This document shows, piece by piece, positions 21,329-32,126 of a stretch of DNA of 64,000 nt. Source of the stretch: an uncultured Planctomycetota bacterium (GTDB lineage Bacteria > Planctomycetota > Planctomycetia > Isosphaerales > Isosphaeraceae); assembly GCA_963823665.1 (NCBI GenBank), contig CAWGMQ010000003.1:928001-992000 (forward strand), read 5' to 3'. The notes under the pieces were generated by a model. That model was not told where the DNA came from, made no database searches, and saw nothing but the letters and a program-made list of their open reading frames with translations. The stretch's first letter is position 1, and every line of letters begins with the position of its first letter. The translations under genes were made by a program, and so were the position numbers.

Positions 21329-21506
21329 CGCCCAACCGCCAGCCCTGTCGGAGCCGACTCCGCACGGCAACCTCACACGCCCCGCACAGCCATTCGGGCG
21401 AGGAACACCCTGAACGCATCAGACTGGGTTTTGACCCCGCCGTCTGCTACAACAATGTTTAACTTCAGTTAAAACATTCGTTTCACACAGCGCGGATAAA
21501 ACGGCC

Positions 21507-24484
21507 ATGAGCAGAATGGCGAAGTCGCCGGTGATCTTGTCGGTTTTGATCCTGTTCGGCGCATGGATCGTCCGTGCGGACGAGCCCGGCGGGTTTTCAC
21601 CCGAGGAAGCCACGCGGCGCATGGTCGTGCCGCCGGGCTTCCACGTCGACATCTTCGCCGCCGAGCCGATGGTGCGGCAGCCGTTGTCGGCCAGCTTTGA
21701 CGAGCGCGGGCGGCTTTGGGTCATCGAATACTTGCAGTATCCCAATCCGGCAGGGTTGAAGCCGGTCAGCGTCGATCAGTACCTCCGCACTGAATATGAC
21801 CGCGTGCCCGAGCCGCCTCCCCGCGGCCCGCGGGGGGCAGACCGGATCAAGATCCTCGAGGATACCGACGGCGACGGCCGTGCCGACAGCGGAGAAGATC
21901 TTCGTCGACGGTTTGAACCTGGCCTCCGGCCTGGCGGTTGGACACGGGGGAATCTTCGTCGGCCAGGCGCCCTATCTCCTCTTCTATCCCGACCGAAACC
22001 ACGACGACCGGCCCGACGGCGACCCCGAGGTGCTCTTGACCGGTTTCGGCCTTCAAGATGCCCACTCAACCGTCAACTCGATGACCTGGGGGCCGGACGG
22101 CTGGCTCTACGGAGCCCAGGGAAGCACCGTCACCGCCAGGATCAATGGAATCGAGTTCCAGCAAGGAATCTGGCGATATCCACCCCAGGTCACACCGGTT
22201 CGAGCTATTCGCGGAGGGCGGAGGCAACACCTGGGGCCTCGACTTCGACGCCACGGGCAACGCGTTCGGCAGCAGCAACGGGGCATACATCACGTTTCAC
22301 ATGGTCCAGGGCGGCTACTACTTCAAGGGCTTCGCCAAGCACGGGCCGCTGCACAATCCGCACACTTACGGCTACTTCGGCCCGATCGCCTACGAGGGCA
22401 CGAAGCAGGGAGGCCACGTCACCCCGGGTGGGATCATCTACAAAGGCGACGCCTTCCCGCGGGAATTCCGGGGCGCGTTCATTGGCGGCAACCTGCTCTC
22501 GAACGCGGTCTACTGGCACAATCTCACGCTAGACGGCTCGACGTTCGCCGGCCGCCACGGAGGAACCCTGATCGATGCCCGCGACCGCTGGTTCCGGCCG
22601 ATCGACGTCCTGGTCGGGCCCGGACGCGGCCGTCTATGTGGTCGACTGGTACGACAAACGGGCCGCCCATCTCGACCCGCGCGACACCTGGGACCGCACC
22701 AACGGCCGAATCTATCGCGTCGTCTACGGAGAGCGCCGCAAGGTGCCCCCCTTTGACCTGGCCAAACGATCGAGCGATGACCTGGTCTCGCTCAGAGAAA
22801 GCAGCAACGACTGGTGGGCCGCCGAGGCGCGGCGCATCCTTGCGGAGCGGCGCGACCCTGCGATCGTTCGCGCGGCTGAAATCCCTGTTGCACGACGATC
22901 GGGACCCGACAATCGCCCTGCGAGATCTCTGGGCACTCCACATTAGCGGCGGGCTCGACGACGGCACCGCCAGCGAGCTTCTGGACCATCCGCTCGCCGC
23001 GGTCAGGCGCTGGACAATCCGCCTGCTCGGTGACGACCATCGCATGAACTCCGACCTACGCTCCAAGCTTGTCCGCCTGGCCGAGTCCGAGCCAGAGCCT
23101 CCGGTACGCAGCCAGCTCGCCTCGAGCTGCCAGCGCTGGGGCGCTGCCGACGCGCTGCCAATCCTGTCTCGGCTGGTGCAACGCGACTCGGACGCGACCG
23201 ACACCCACATCCCCAATCTCATCTGGTGGGCCTTCGAGCGGCAGTTACGCAACGACCCTCAGGCGGTCGTGGCGCTGCTGTGCACGCCAGTGGTGCAGCG
23301 AGGTCGATTGATTCAATCGGTTCTCGAGCGCACGGCTCGGGCACTGGCGTCAGACGGCTCGGCCGATGACGTCGCTTTGTGCACCCGACTTCTGGATTCC
23401 GCGTCGCGCGAGCGGCAATCAGAGCCGATCGTCACGGGCATGGACATGGGGCTCGAAGGCCGCCGGCTGGCACCGGCCCCCCCTGCCCTGAAGGATTCAC
23501 TCGCGCGTCTCTGGGCGGCTTCCGGAGGCGCACCAGAACTTCCTCTCATTCGCCTGTGTGCTCGCATGAAGCGTCCCGAGGCGATTGAGGCTGCCTTGAA
23601 GCTAGCGCGCGACCGTCATGAGCCCGAAAGCCGGCGGATTTCAATGATCGCACTACTCGGCTGAGCTCGGTCGCGCCGATGATGCAACCGTTCTGCTGGG
23701 TTTCCTCGACGAGGGCTCGAGCGTGACGCTCCAGCTCGCTGCGGTGGCCGCGCTCGGGCGATATCAAGAGGCGTCGTTATCAGCTCCGCTGCTCTCGCGC
23801 GCCCGGTCGGCGGCGCCGCCGGTACGAACCAACATTTTCGCTCTGCTGGCCTCGCGGCCCGCCTGGGCGCGGGCTCTGGTCGATGCGCTTGGTCGAGGTG
23901 AAGTCGCCACACGGGACATCACTCCTGCAAACGTTCAGACGATCGCCAAAGTCGCCGAGCCGGCGGTGGTCAAGCGGCTGGAGACACTTTGGGGCAAGCT
24001 GCCCGCACCGGGCTCTCCGGAAAAAACGCGACGCATCGCCGAGGTGCGCGGCCTGCTCCCCGAAGGCGACAAGGGCAACGCAGCGAGGGGCAAGCCGATC
24101 TTCAAAGAGCAGTGTGCAGTCTGCCACAAACTCTTCGAAGAGGGCGAGAACATCGGACCCGAGCTGACCGGCGCCGACCGGGGCAATCTCGACTTCCTGC
24201 TGACGAGCCTGGTCGACCCCAGCGCCCAGGTCCGCAAGGAATTTCAGTCGCAGACGATCGCCCTGCGCGACGGGCGAATTCTCTCAGGCCTGGTCGTCGA
24301 CGAAAACGACCGCGTGCTGACCCTGATCGACAGCAATCGCCAGAAGACGCCGATCAATCGGGATATGATCGAAGAATCCAAGCCGGCGGATGTCTCGCTG
24401 ATGCCTGAGGGGTTACTGGAAAAGCTGACGGAGCCCCAGATCCGGGATCTGTTCAAGTACCTTCAGAGCAGCGGCGTGAAGTAG
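21507..24484 (+). CDS. PVC-type membrane-bound dehydrogenase / heme-binding CxxCH protein (about five frameshifts)
   Basis: FAAEPMVRQP..FDERGRLWV, WGPDGWLYG, HEAT-like middle region, CAVCH, IGPELT, SLMPEGL. Confidence 0.88.
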
Positions 24485-24531
24485 CGGTTTCTCCTCCCCG
24501 GGAGGGCGAAGCTCCTGCGAAGGCGCCATTT

Positions 24532-24663
24532 CTCGTTCCCATGCTCCGCGTGGGAATGCCCTCTTCGACGCTCTGCGTCGTCCGACTTTGCTCGAGATGT
24601 TCCCCGATCGACCAGACGCAGAGCGTCGAAAACAAACGTCCCCACGCAGAGCGTGGGAACGAG
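24532..24663. repeat. REPIN/MITE-like nested inverted repeat (132 bp)
   Basis: CTCGTTCCCATGCTCCGCGTGGG ... CCCACGCAGAGCGTGGGAACGAG, with inner pair TTCGACGCTCTGCGTC / GACGCAGAGCGTCGAA. Confidence 0.8.
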
Positions 24664-24869
24664 CCATTGCAAGTGTCTGTCCCATTAGAATTGCTACGAA
24701 TTCAACGGGATGGGCGTTACGCACGGCGAAGCTACCGCTGAGCCGTTTCCCAACAAGTGTTCGAACGAAATCCACACCATTGCAGAATCTCGATGATCCG
24801 CATATTCTGCTCGAGAATCCGGTCAATAACTCGAGATGCCGTCAGTTTATCGCCAAAGTACCTGATCCG

Positions 24870-25908
24870 ATGGGCGCCTATTTCCTGGTCCGACAGTCCG
24901 TCCCTCTCGCGCACGCCATACTTGCCGCGATGGCCCGGAATGATGTCCCGGAGCTTGCAGTCTGGCTCGCAGATTCCGCCGAGCCAAATTGCTGCCAGCT
25001 CAGCGACGAAGAATTCGAGCGGGCGAAGTCCTACGAGAGAGCAATCGTCCTCTCGTCACAGTTCCAGAAAGGCAAGGAAATCGCCATCGTGTTCGGTCCG
25101 CGCGACGAGTGGCCGCAGGAATTCAGCCAGTTCCGGGACTATTTTGCCGAAATAGACGGGCGCGAAGCCGAACGAAAACACATAACCGAAGAGATCTGGC
25201 TAGGGTGCGACACACGACCGAACGACCTCGCGAACTTCTCGCTCCCGCACTTGAGCACGCGAAAGACTCGCCTTTTTACAATCGCATGTTGCGAGTTGGT
25301 CATCGACAAGATGGTTGACCCGCGCAGTCGAACCGCTGTACAGGTGGCGCGAAAATATGTGAATGGCATCGCGAATCAGCAGGAGTTGAACGTAGCGTTT
25401 CAGGAAGCTTACGAGGCAGTGATTTCAGTCATGGTAAACGGACGCCGAGAACCGCGGCGTCGACGTTCAGGGCACCCCCGAACACGCAGCAGCCGTTCTG
25501 ACGAGCCACGCCGCAGCCCCCCACGCGCCAACACCCGCCTCGGAAATACCCGACGAAAGTAATAGCGATTACATCATCTGGAACACCATACAAGCCGCGA
25601 CCGACGACCCATCGATCAACGCCAAAATCACGGCCTCGCTGCGCGACATCTGCGGCAACCCGTTTCACCGTGTCCTCCCCGAGCCAGCATGGCAATCGCC
25701 CAGCCTGAAGTCGCTGGCCACCGCGATTTACGATCACAATGCGATCGATCGCCTTGCGGAACTAGGCACTGCCCTGGAGAATGTCGGCTGCTGTGAACAG
25801 ACAGTCCTTGATCACTGTCGTGTTCCGGGGCAGCACGTCCGCGGCTGCTGGGTCGTCGACCTCGTGCTCGGGCACCTGACATGGCGCAATAGGCCGACCG
25901 ATCTGTGA
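24870..25908 (+). CDS. planctomycete multicopy-type hypothetical protein (RKxRLF...LRDIxGNPF...HVRGCWVVDL), frameshifted
   Basis: RKTRLFTIACC and DPRSRTAVQVA in ORF 24588..25562; a second frame gives LRDICGNPF...DHCRVPGQHVRGCWVVDLVLG. Confidence 0.65.
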
Positions 25909-25924
25909 GAACCGAGACCCCACC

Positions 25925-26893
25925 GTGCGTGACATCCGCATCGCCACCGCCCAGTTCGAGCACCGCAACGGCGACAAGACCTTTAACCTCGCGCGGATCG
26001 AAGACCTGACCCGCCGCGCCGTCGAGAAAGGCGCGGAGATCGTCAGCTTCCATGAATGCTCGATCTGCGGCTACACGTTCCTCCAGCATCTCGACCGCGA
26101 CGAGCTAGCCTCCATCGCCGAACCTGTACCAGGCGGCCCATCCATTCGCGAGCTCGAGCGCATCTCCCGCGCCCACGGCACGGTCATCATGGCCGGCCTT
26201 ATCGAAGCGGCCGAAAACGGCCGCTTTCACAACTGCTACGCGACCGTCGGCCCCGACGGTTTCATCACCAAATTCAGAAAACTCCACACGTTCATCAACC
26301 CGCACCTGACGCCCGGCGATTCGTACAACGTGATCGATCTCCTGGGCATCAAAGCCGGCTTCCTGATCTGCTACGACAACAACCTTCCAGAAAACGTGCG
26401 GATTACCACCATGATGGGGGCGGAAGTCATCTTCATGCCGCACGTCACCGGCTGCCTCCCCTCCACGATGCCGGGACGTGGAACCGTCGATGGGGCACTC
26501 TGGGAAAACCGCCTGCGCGACCCCGTGCGCCTCCGCCAGGAGTTCGACGGGCCCAAGGGCCGCGGCTGGCTGCTCCGATGGCTGCCGGCCCGCGCCTGGG
26601 AGAACGGCATCTACGCCGTTTTCAGCAACCCGATCGGCCTCGACGACGTGACGATCAAACCCGGACTCGCCATGATCCTTGACCCTTACGGCGAAGTCCT
26701 GGCCGAGAGCCGCGAGCTCGGCGATGACGTCGTGGTCGCCTTGCTCACCGGCGACAAGATCCTCGATTCCTCGGGCAGGCGATACCTGCGAGCGCGGCGG
26801 CCAGAGCTCTACGGCAAGCTGGTCGAGCCACCGCCACCTGGCCAGGAACCCATCACCACCCCCGGCTGGAAACTCGCGAGCGGAACCTCCTGA
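25925..26893 (+). CDS. carbon-nitrogen hydrolase (nitrilase superfamily)
   Basis: E-K-C triad motifs SFHEC, FRKLH, LICYD; RARRPELY. Confidence 0.92.
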   Translation: MRDIRIATAQFEHRNGDKTFNLARIEDLTRRAVEKGAEIVSFHECSICGYTFLQHLDRDELASIAEPVPGGPSIRELERISRAHGTVIMAGLIEAAENGRFHNCYATVGPDGFITKFRKLHTFINPHLTPGDSYNVIDLLGIKAGFLICYDNNLPENVRITTMMGAEVIFMPHVTGCLPSTMPGRGTVDGALWENRLRDPVRLRQEFDGPKGRGWLLRWLPARAWENGIYAVFSNPIGLDDVTIKPGLAMILDPYGEVLAESRELGDDVVVALLTGDKILDSSGRRYLRARRPELYGKLVEPPPPGQEPITTPGWKLASGTS

Positions 26894-27029
26894 CACGCGA
26901 GCAGTAACCAGACGCGACATCCAGCGATGTGGCTCGTTCGCAATGCCAACCCCACTGGCCATTCGAAACCGCGTCCGCTACAGTGTTCGTCACCTCGCGC
27001 TCAAAGCCCTGTCTCTTGAATCGGATGAC

Positions 27030-28568
27030 ATGATACGAAAGCCCGACTTCACACGCGGTATGAAAGTCAAGCTCCTCCTTCTTCTGGCATGCGCGTTCTC
27101 GATGTTCACGGCGCTACTGGGTCTCGCCGGGTGCAATTCGACCGCGACCTCGCAGCGCGTGCCGCCCCCGCCATCAGTCACGGTTGTCGAAGCCAAGAAG
27201 ATGACCGTGCCCCTCATCGTCAATCCAATCGCAACGACACGCGCTCTGGAAGAAGTGACCGTTCGCGCCCGCGTGCGAGGCTTCCTGACCGAGCGCCATT
27301 TCAAGGATGGCTCGAACGTCAAGAAAGACGACCTCCTGCTCGTGATCGATCAGAAGCCGTTCCAGGTCGCCCTCGATCAGTCAAAAGCCCAGCTCGCGTC
27401 AGCCCAAGCAACTCTCGAAAAAAGGCAGTCCTCGAAGGCAGTCGAGGTCGCAAAGGCCACCCTGGCGCTCGACAAGGCACAGCTTCGCCTTGATGAAGTC
27501 GAGGAGCGCCGCGAGCGCATTCTGCTGGCACGCAAGGCCGCGTCCCAGGAAGACTACGACAAGGCCGAGGCCCAGAAGCTCAAGAGCGCCGCGAGAGTCG
27601 AATCCGACCAGGCTTCACTCGAGCAGTCCATCGCCGATTTCAAGATCGACATCGAGAATGCCAAGGCCGAGATCGATCGCGCCCGTGCCGCGCTCGAAGA
27701 CGCCAGCATCAGTCTGGGCTACTGCAAGATGTACGCACCGATCTCCGGAAAGATCGGCGAGCTGAAGGTCAAGGTGGGCAACCTGGTCGGTGACGCCGGC
27801 TTGACCGAGCTCGTGACGATCGAGCAGCTTGATCCGATGGGGCTCGACGTCCGCCCCCCTGCGCGCTACCTGGAGCAAGCAACCGCCCTGCTCGGCACGG
27901 GAGTCGCCGTCAACCTCACCGTCGAAGGCGAGCGACGCCACCCGCACGTCGGCAAGGCCATTTTCATTGACAACACCGTCGACGCCCAGACGTCGACGTT
28001 CCTGTTGCGCGCGGCGGTGCCTAACCCCACCGGGTCGATCCTTCCGGGTGAGTACGTACGCGCCACCATGACTGTCGGCGAATATGTCGATGCCGTCGTC
28101 GTACCCGAGCAGGCTGTTCTCGAGGGACAAGAAGGCACTCGCGTCTTCTTCGTCGGTCCCGATAACAAGGTCGACGTGGCCAAAGTCTCGGGCGTCGACA
28201 CCTACCGCGGCCTGCGCGTGCTCGAGTCCGGCCTCGAGCCCGGCCAGCGCGTGATCGTCGAAGGGGTTCAGCTCATCCGGCAGGGGCAGAAGGTCGACGT
28301 CACCGTGACCTCGCTCGAAAAACTCATGACGGAAGAACTGCCTGTTCTGCCCGGTGATCTCCGATTCAACAGTCGAGTCTCGCGGGTTCCCGGCCGAGGC
28401 AAGACGGCGACGCCGAACGAACCTGAAAAACCCGCAACCGAAAAAGCCGCGCCCGAGAATTCCAAGGCCGAGCCCGCCTCGCCCGAGCAAGCCGCTCCCA
28501 AGGCTGCCGGCGCAAAAGGCAAGCTTCAAACGCCCGCCACGCCGCCAGCCGCGAAGCAGCCGAGGTAA
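27030..28568 (+). CDS. RND efflux periplasmic adaptor (lipoprotein)
   Basis: LAGC lipobox, VTVRARVRGFL, coiled-coil hairpin, YAPISGKIG, GLEPGQRVIVEG. Confidence 0.92.
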   Translation: MIRKPDFTRGMKVKLLLLLACAFSMFTALLGLAGCNSTATSQRVPPPPSVTVVEAKKMTVPLIVNPIATTRALEEVTVRARVRGFLTERHFKDGSNVKKDDLLLVIDQKPFQVALDQSKAQLASAQATLEKRQSSKAVEVAKATLALDKAQLRLDEVEERRERILLARKAASQEDYDKAEAQKLKSAARVESDQASLEQSIADFKIDIENAKAEIDRARAALEDASISLGYCKMYAPISGKIGELKVKVGNLVGDAGLTELVTIEQLDPMGLDVRPPARYLEQATALLGTGVAVNLTVEGERRHPHVGKAIFIDNTVDAQTSTFLLRAAVPNPTGSILPGEYVRATMTVGEYVDAVVVPEQAVLEGQEGTRVFFVGPDNKVDVAKVSGVDTYRGLRVLESGLEPGQRVIVEGVQLIRQGQKVDVTVTSLEKLMTEELPVLPGDLRFNSRVSRVPGRGKTATPNEPEKPATEKAAPENSKAEPASPEQAAPKAAGAKGKLQTPATPPAAKQPR

Positions 28569-28576
28569 GACCCCAC

Positions 28577-31500
28577 ATGGTCAACTTCTTCATCGGCCGG
28601 CCGATCTTCGCGACCGTGCTCGCCTTGCTCATGCTTCTGGTCGGCGGCATCTGCATCTTCATCCTGCCGATTGCCCAGTACCCCGAGATCACGCCGCCGC
28701 AGGTGCAGGTGACCACCACCTTCACCGGCGCAGATGCCCAGACGGTCGCCGAGACCGTCACCACGCCGATTGAACAGCAGGTCAACGGCGTGAAAGGCAT
28801 GATCTACTTCAATTCCGACAGCACCAGCAACGGAGTTTCCACGATCGTTGCAACCTTCGACGTCGGTTACTCCCAGGATATCGCCGCGGTCGACATCCAG
28901 AACCGCGTGCAAACCGCGCAGGCCGTGCTCCCGCCCGAAGTCAAGCAGTTCGGCGTGACGATCAAGAAGACATCGACCGACATGGTCTGCGTCGTGAACC
29001 TGGTTTCACCGGACGGCCGCTACGACTCGACATTCCTCGACAACTACGCGCAGATCTACGCCCTCGACGTGCTCAGGCGAATTCCGGGTGTCAGCGACGT
29101 GAACGCCTTCGGCCGCAAGTACGCCATGCGCATCTGGCTCGAGCCCGACCGCCTCGCCGCCCAGAAGATCGCGCCGACCGAGGTGATAAGCGCCATTCAG
29201 TCTGAAAACAAGCAGGCGGCCGCCGGCCGCATCGGCAGCCAGCCCGTGCCTCCCGGCCAGGCGCTCCGCGAATACCCGATACTCGTCAAGGGCCGCCTGA
29301 GCAGCGTGCAAGAGTTCGAGGAAATCATCGTCAGACGCCGCGATGACGGCTCGATCGTCCACCTTCGAGATGTCGCCCGCATCGAGCTCGACTCGGAGAA
29401 TTACGACACCGCCGGCTGGTTGAGCGGCAAGCCGGCCGGCACCCTGCCCGTCTATCAATACGCCGACGCCAACGCCCTCGACATCGTGCGCCAGGTCCGC
29501 GAGAACATGGACCGGCTCGCCAAGAGCTTCCCCCCCGGCCTCGAGTACCGGATTGCCTACGACACAACCAAATATGTGAGCGAGAACATCCGCGAGGTCG
29601 AAGAGACCCTGCTCGAAGCGTTTCTGCTCGTGCTCCTGGTCGTCTTCATCTTCCTTCAGGGCGTGCGGCCGACGATCATCCCCATGATGGCCATACCGGT
29701 CGCCCTGGTCGCGACCTTCGCCATGATGGCCGCCTTCGGCTTCTCGATCAACACGCTCACCTTGTGCGGCCTGATCCTGGCCATCGGCCTCGTGGTCGAC
29801 GACGCAATCATCGTGGTCGAGAACGTCGAGAAATACCTCGAGCGCGGCGAGCAGCCGGTGCCGGCCGTGCGCGCGGCCATGGCCGAGATCACGGCGCCCA
29901 TCCTGACCATCACGCTGGTGCTGGCCGCGGTGTTCGTTCCCGTGGCTTTCATCCCCGGCCTGACCGGCAGGCTGTACAACCAGTTTGCCATGACGATCGT
30001 CTTCTCGTTCGTCTTTTCCGCGATCAACTCCCTGACATTCAGCCCCGCGATGTCAGCGGTGTTCCTGCGGGCGCGGCACGGCCAGAGCAAATTCATTCTG
30101 TTCCGCTGGTTCAACGCGGGTATGCACTGGCTCGAGAATTCGTACGACGCGTTTCTCGACTTCACCGCACATCACTGGTGGACGATCGTCGTACCGTCGA
30201 TCGCGCTCCTGGCGCTCACATACGCCATGCTCATCGAGCGCCCCAAGGCGTTCATTCCGGTCGAGGACCAGGGCTACTTGATCACCGCGATCCAGACGCC
30301 GGATGGAACGGGCCGCGAGGCGACTTCCAAGGTGTCGGCTGCGATCAGCGACATCGCGCTCGGCATCGAAGGAGTGAGCGACGTCGTGCTGCTCGAGGGC
30401 TTCAACGTTCTGAATTCGACCAACCAGACGAATTCGGCCACGGCTTTCGTGATCCTCAAGGAATGGAGTGAGCGCACGAAATCCGAGCTTCGGGCACCGG
30501 CCCTGTCGACGAAGCTTCAGGCGGCGATCTCCAAGGGAATTCGAGGCGCGGTGGCCGTTGTGCTACAGCCCCCGCCGATCCGTGGCTTGAGCCAGACCGG
30601 CGGATTCGAATTCATGATCGAGGACCGCGAAGGCAAGGGCGTCGATGCGCTGGCCCTGATCACCGATCGATTCCTCGCCGAAGCGAAGAAACAGCCCGAG
30701 CTGGGCGCACTGTTCACGCCATTCACCGTCAAGGTTCCCCAGATTCGATTCAAACTCGATCGCACCAAGGCCGAGCGCTTGAATGTCGGCGTCTCCGACG
30801 TGTTCACGGTTCTTCAGACTTATCTCGGCGGTTACTACGTCAACGACTTCAACCTTTACGGCAAGGTCTGGAAGGTGATGGTGCAGGCCGAGGGATCTCA
30901 GCGCATCACGAAGACCGATATCGAAAGTCTCTACGTACTGAATCGCCAGGGCGACCGTGTGCCCCTCGACGCGCTGGGCGATGCGGTCTACGCCCTGGGC
31001 CCGATCGATGTCCCGCATTACAACATGTACAACGCGGCAAAGATCACCGGCGGGCCCGCCGCGGGGTATAGCTCGGGCCAGGCGATCGCCGCGATGGAAC
31101 GAGTGGCCGACGTGGTGCTGCCCGAAGGCTTCTCGTACGAGTGGACGGGTACGACGTTTCAGGAGCAGAAGACCGGCAACCTGGCGATGTACATCTTCGC
31201 CTTGTCGATCGTGTGTGTGTTCTTGTTCATGGCCGCCCTTTACGAAAGCTGGATCCGCCCTCTTGTGATCATCCTGACGGTGCCGCTGGCGATGTTCGGC
31301 GCCATGATCGGCCTCTGGATCTTCGACATGCCGCTCGACGTCTTCGGCCAGATCGGACTGGTGATGTTGATTGGGCTGGAAACCAAGAACGCGATCCTGG
31401 TCGTCGAGTTCGGCGTCGAGATGCAGCAGAAGCACGGCATGAACATCATCGACTCCGCCAAGGAGGCGTCGCGCCAGCGACTGCGCCCGATCCTGATGAC

Positions 31501-31750
31501 CTCATTCGCCTTCATCATGGGCGTCTTGCCCATGGCAAGAGCCACCGGCGCCGGCGCCTACAGCCGAAACTCCCTGGGCGTGGTGATCGCCTCCGGAATC
31601 CTGGTGAGCACCGTGCTGGGCCGATTTGTGATCCCGATCTACTACGTGCTAGGCGAGCGCATCAGCCAGTGGTTCCGCCGCCGCGGCGGAGGCGAGCCGG
31701 CCGAGCTAGAAGCGTCGGATCCAGGTGAAGAAAAGAAGCCCGTGCACTGA
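28577..31750 (+). CDS. RND efflux permease (AcrB/HAE1 family)
   Basis: 1057 aa; FFIGRPIFA, LPIAQYPEI, IGLVVDDAIIVVENVE, KNAILVVEF, RLRPILMT. Confidence 0.96.
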   Translation: MVNFFIGRPIFATVLALLMLLVGGICIFILPIAQYPEITPPQVQVTTTFTGADAQTVAETVTTPIEQQVNGVKGMIYFNSDSTSNGVSTIVATFDVGYSQDIAAVDIQNRVQTAQAVLPPEVKQFGVTIKKTSTDMVCVVNLVSPDGRYDSTFLDNYAQIYALDVLRRIPGVSDVNAFGRKYAMRIWLEPDRLAAQKIAPTEVISAIQSENKQAAAGRIGSQPVPPGQALREYPILVKGRLSSVQEFEEIIVRRRDDGSIVHLRDVARIELDSENYDTAGWLSGKPAGTLPVYQYADANALDIVRQVRENMDRLAKSFPPGLEYRIAYDTTKYVSENIREVEETLLEAFLLVLLVVFIFLQGVRPTIIPMMAIPVALVATFAMMAAFGFSINTLTLCGLILAIGLVVDDAIIVVENVEKYLERGEQPVPAVRAAMAEITAPILTITLVLAAVFVPVAFIPGLTGRLYNQFAMTIVFSFVFSAINSLTFSPAMSAVFLRARHGQSKFILFRWFNAGMHWLENSYDAFLDFTAHHWWTIVVPSIALLALTYAMLIERPKAFIPVEDQGYLITAIQTPDGTGREATSKVSAAISDIALGIEGVSDVVLLEGFNVLNSTNQTNSATAFVILKEWSERTKSELRAPALSTKLQAAISKGIRGAVAVVLQPPPIRGLSQTGGFEFMIEDREGKGVDALALITDRFLAEAKKQPELGALFTPFTVKVPQIRFKLDRTKAERLNVGVSDVFTVLQTYLGGYYVNDFNLYGKVWKVMVQAEGSQRITKTDIESLYVLNRQGDRVPLDALGDAVYALGPIDVPHYNMYNAAKITGGPAAGYSSGQAIAAMERVADVVLPEGFSYEWTGTTFQEQKTGNLAMYIFALSIVCVFLFMAALYESWIRPLVIILTVPLAMFGAMIGLWIFDMPLDVFGQIGLVMLIGLETKNAILVVEFGVEMQQKHGMNIIDSAKEASRQRLRPILMTSFAFIMGVLPMARATGAGAYSRNSLGVVIASGILVSTVLGRFVIPIYYVLGERISQWFRRRGGGEPAELEASDPGEEKKPVH

Positions 31751-31753
31751 CCC

Positions 31754-31778
31754 TGTAGCAGGCACACTCCGTGTGCCG
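31754..31778 (+). repeat. GTAG-type REP hairpin (direct copy at 34160-34184)
   Basis: TGTAGCAGGCACACTCCGTGTGCCG vs TGTAGCAGGCATACTTCGTGTGCCG. Confidence 0.7.
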
Positions 31779-32126
31779 CCCGCCGGTTGAAGCGACCGGT
31801 CGAAACAAGGAAGAGCGCAAGCACACAGCTCCCGCTGAGCCGCACCCGTGTGCCCGTCGCCACGTCCTCCGGCCGCCTGACCCCAGATCCCCCCTTTGTT
31901 AACTTTGTTACCTTCTGTTCGACTCTCATGCTTTCACACGCCCATCTCCTCGATCGCAAAAAGCCATTCCAGGACCACAGCCCGCCAGAGCCGAGCGGCG
32001 CACCGCGAATCCCATGCCCGTTCGCGGCCGCCGCTCAAGTCGGCGTTCTCTCCAATCGTTCAAATTGTCAAAGACCCAAAGACCCGACGAACAACTGACA
32101 ACCGACAACTGACAACACACAATCTT

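Noticed and set aside
21507..24484. Programmed frameshifting or a split multi-gene dehydrogenase
   Set aside because: The fragments join into one known architecture, no slippery-site pattern is evident, and indels occur across the whole window.
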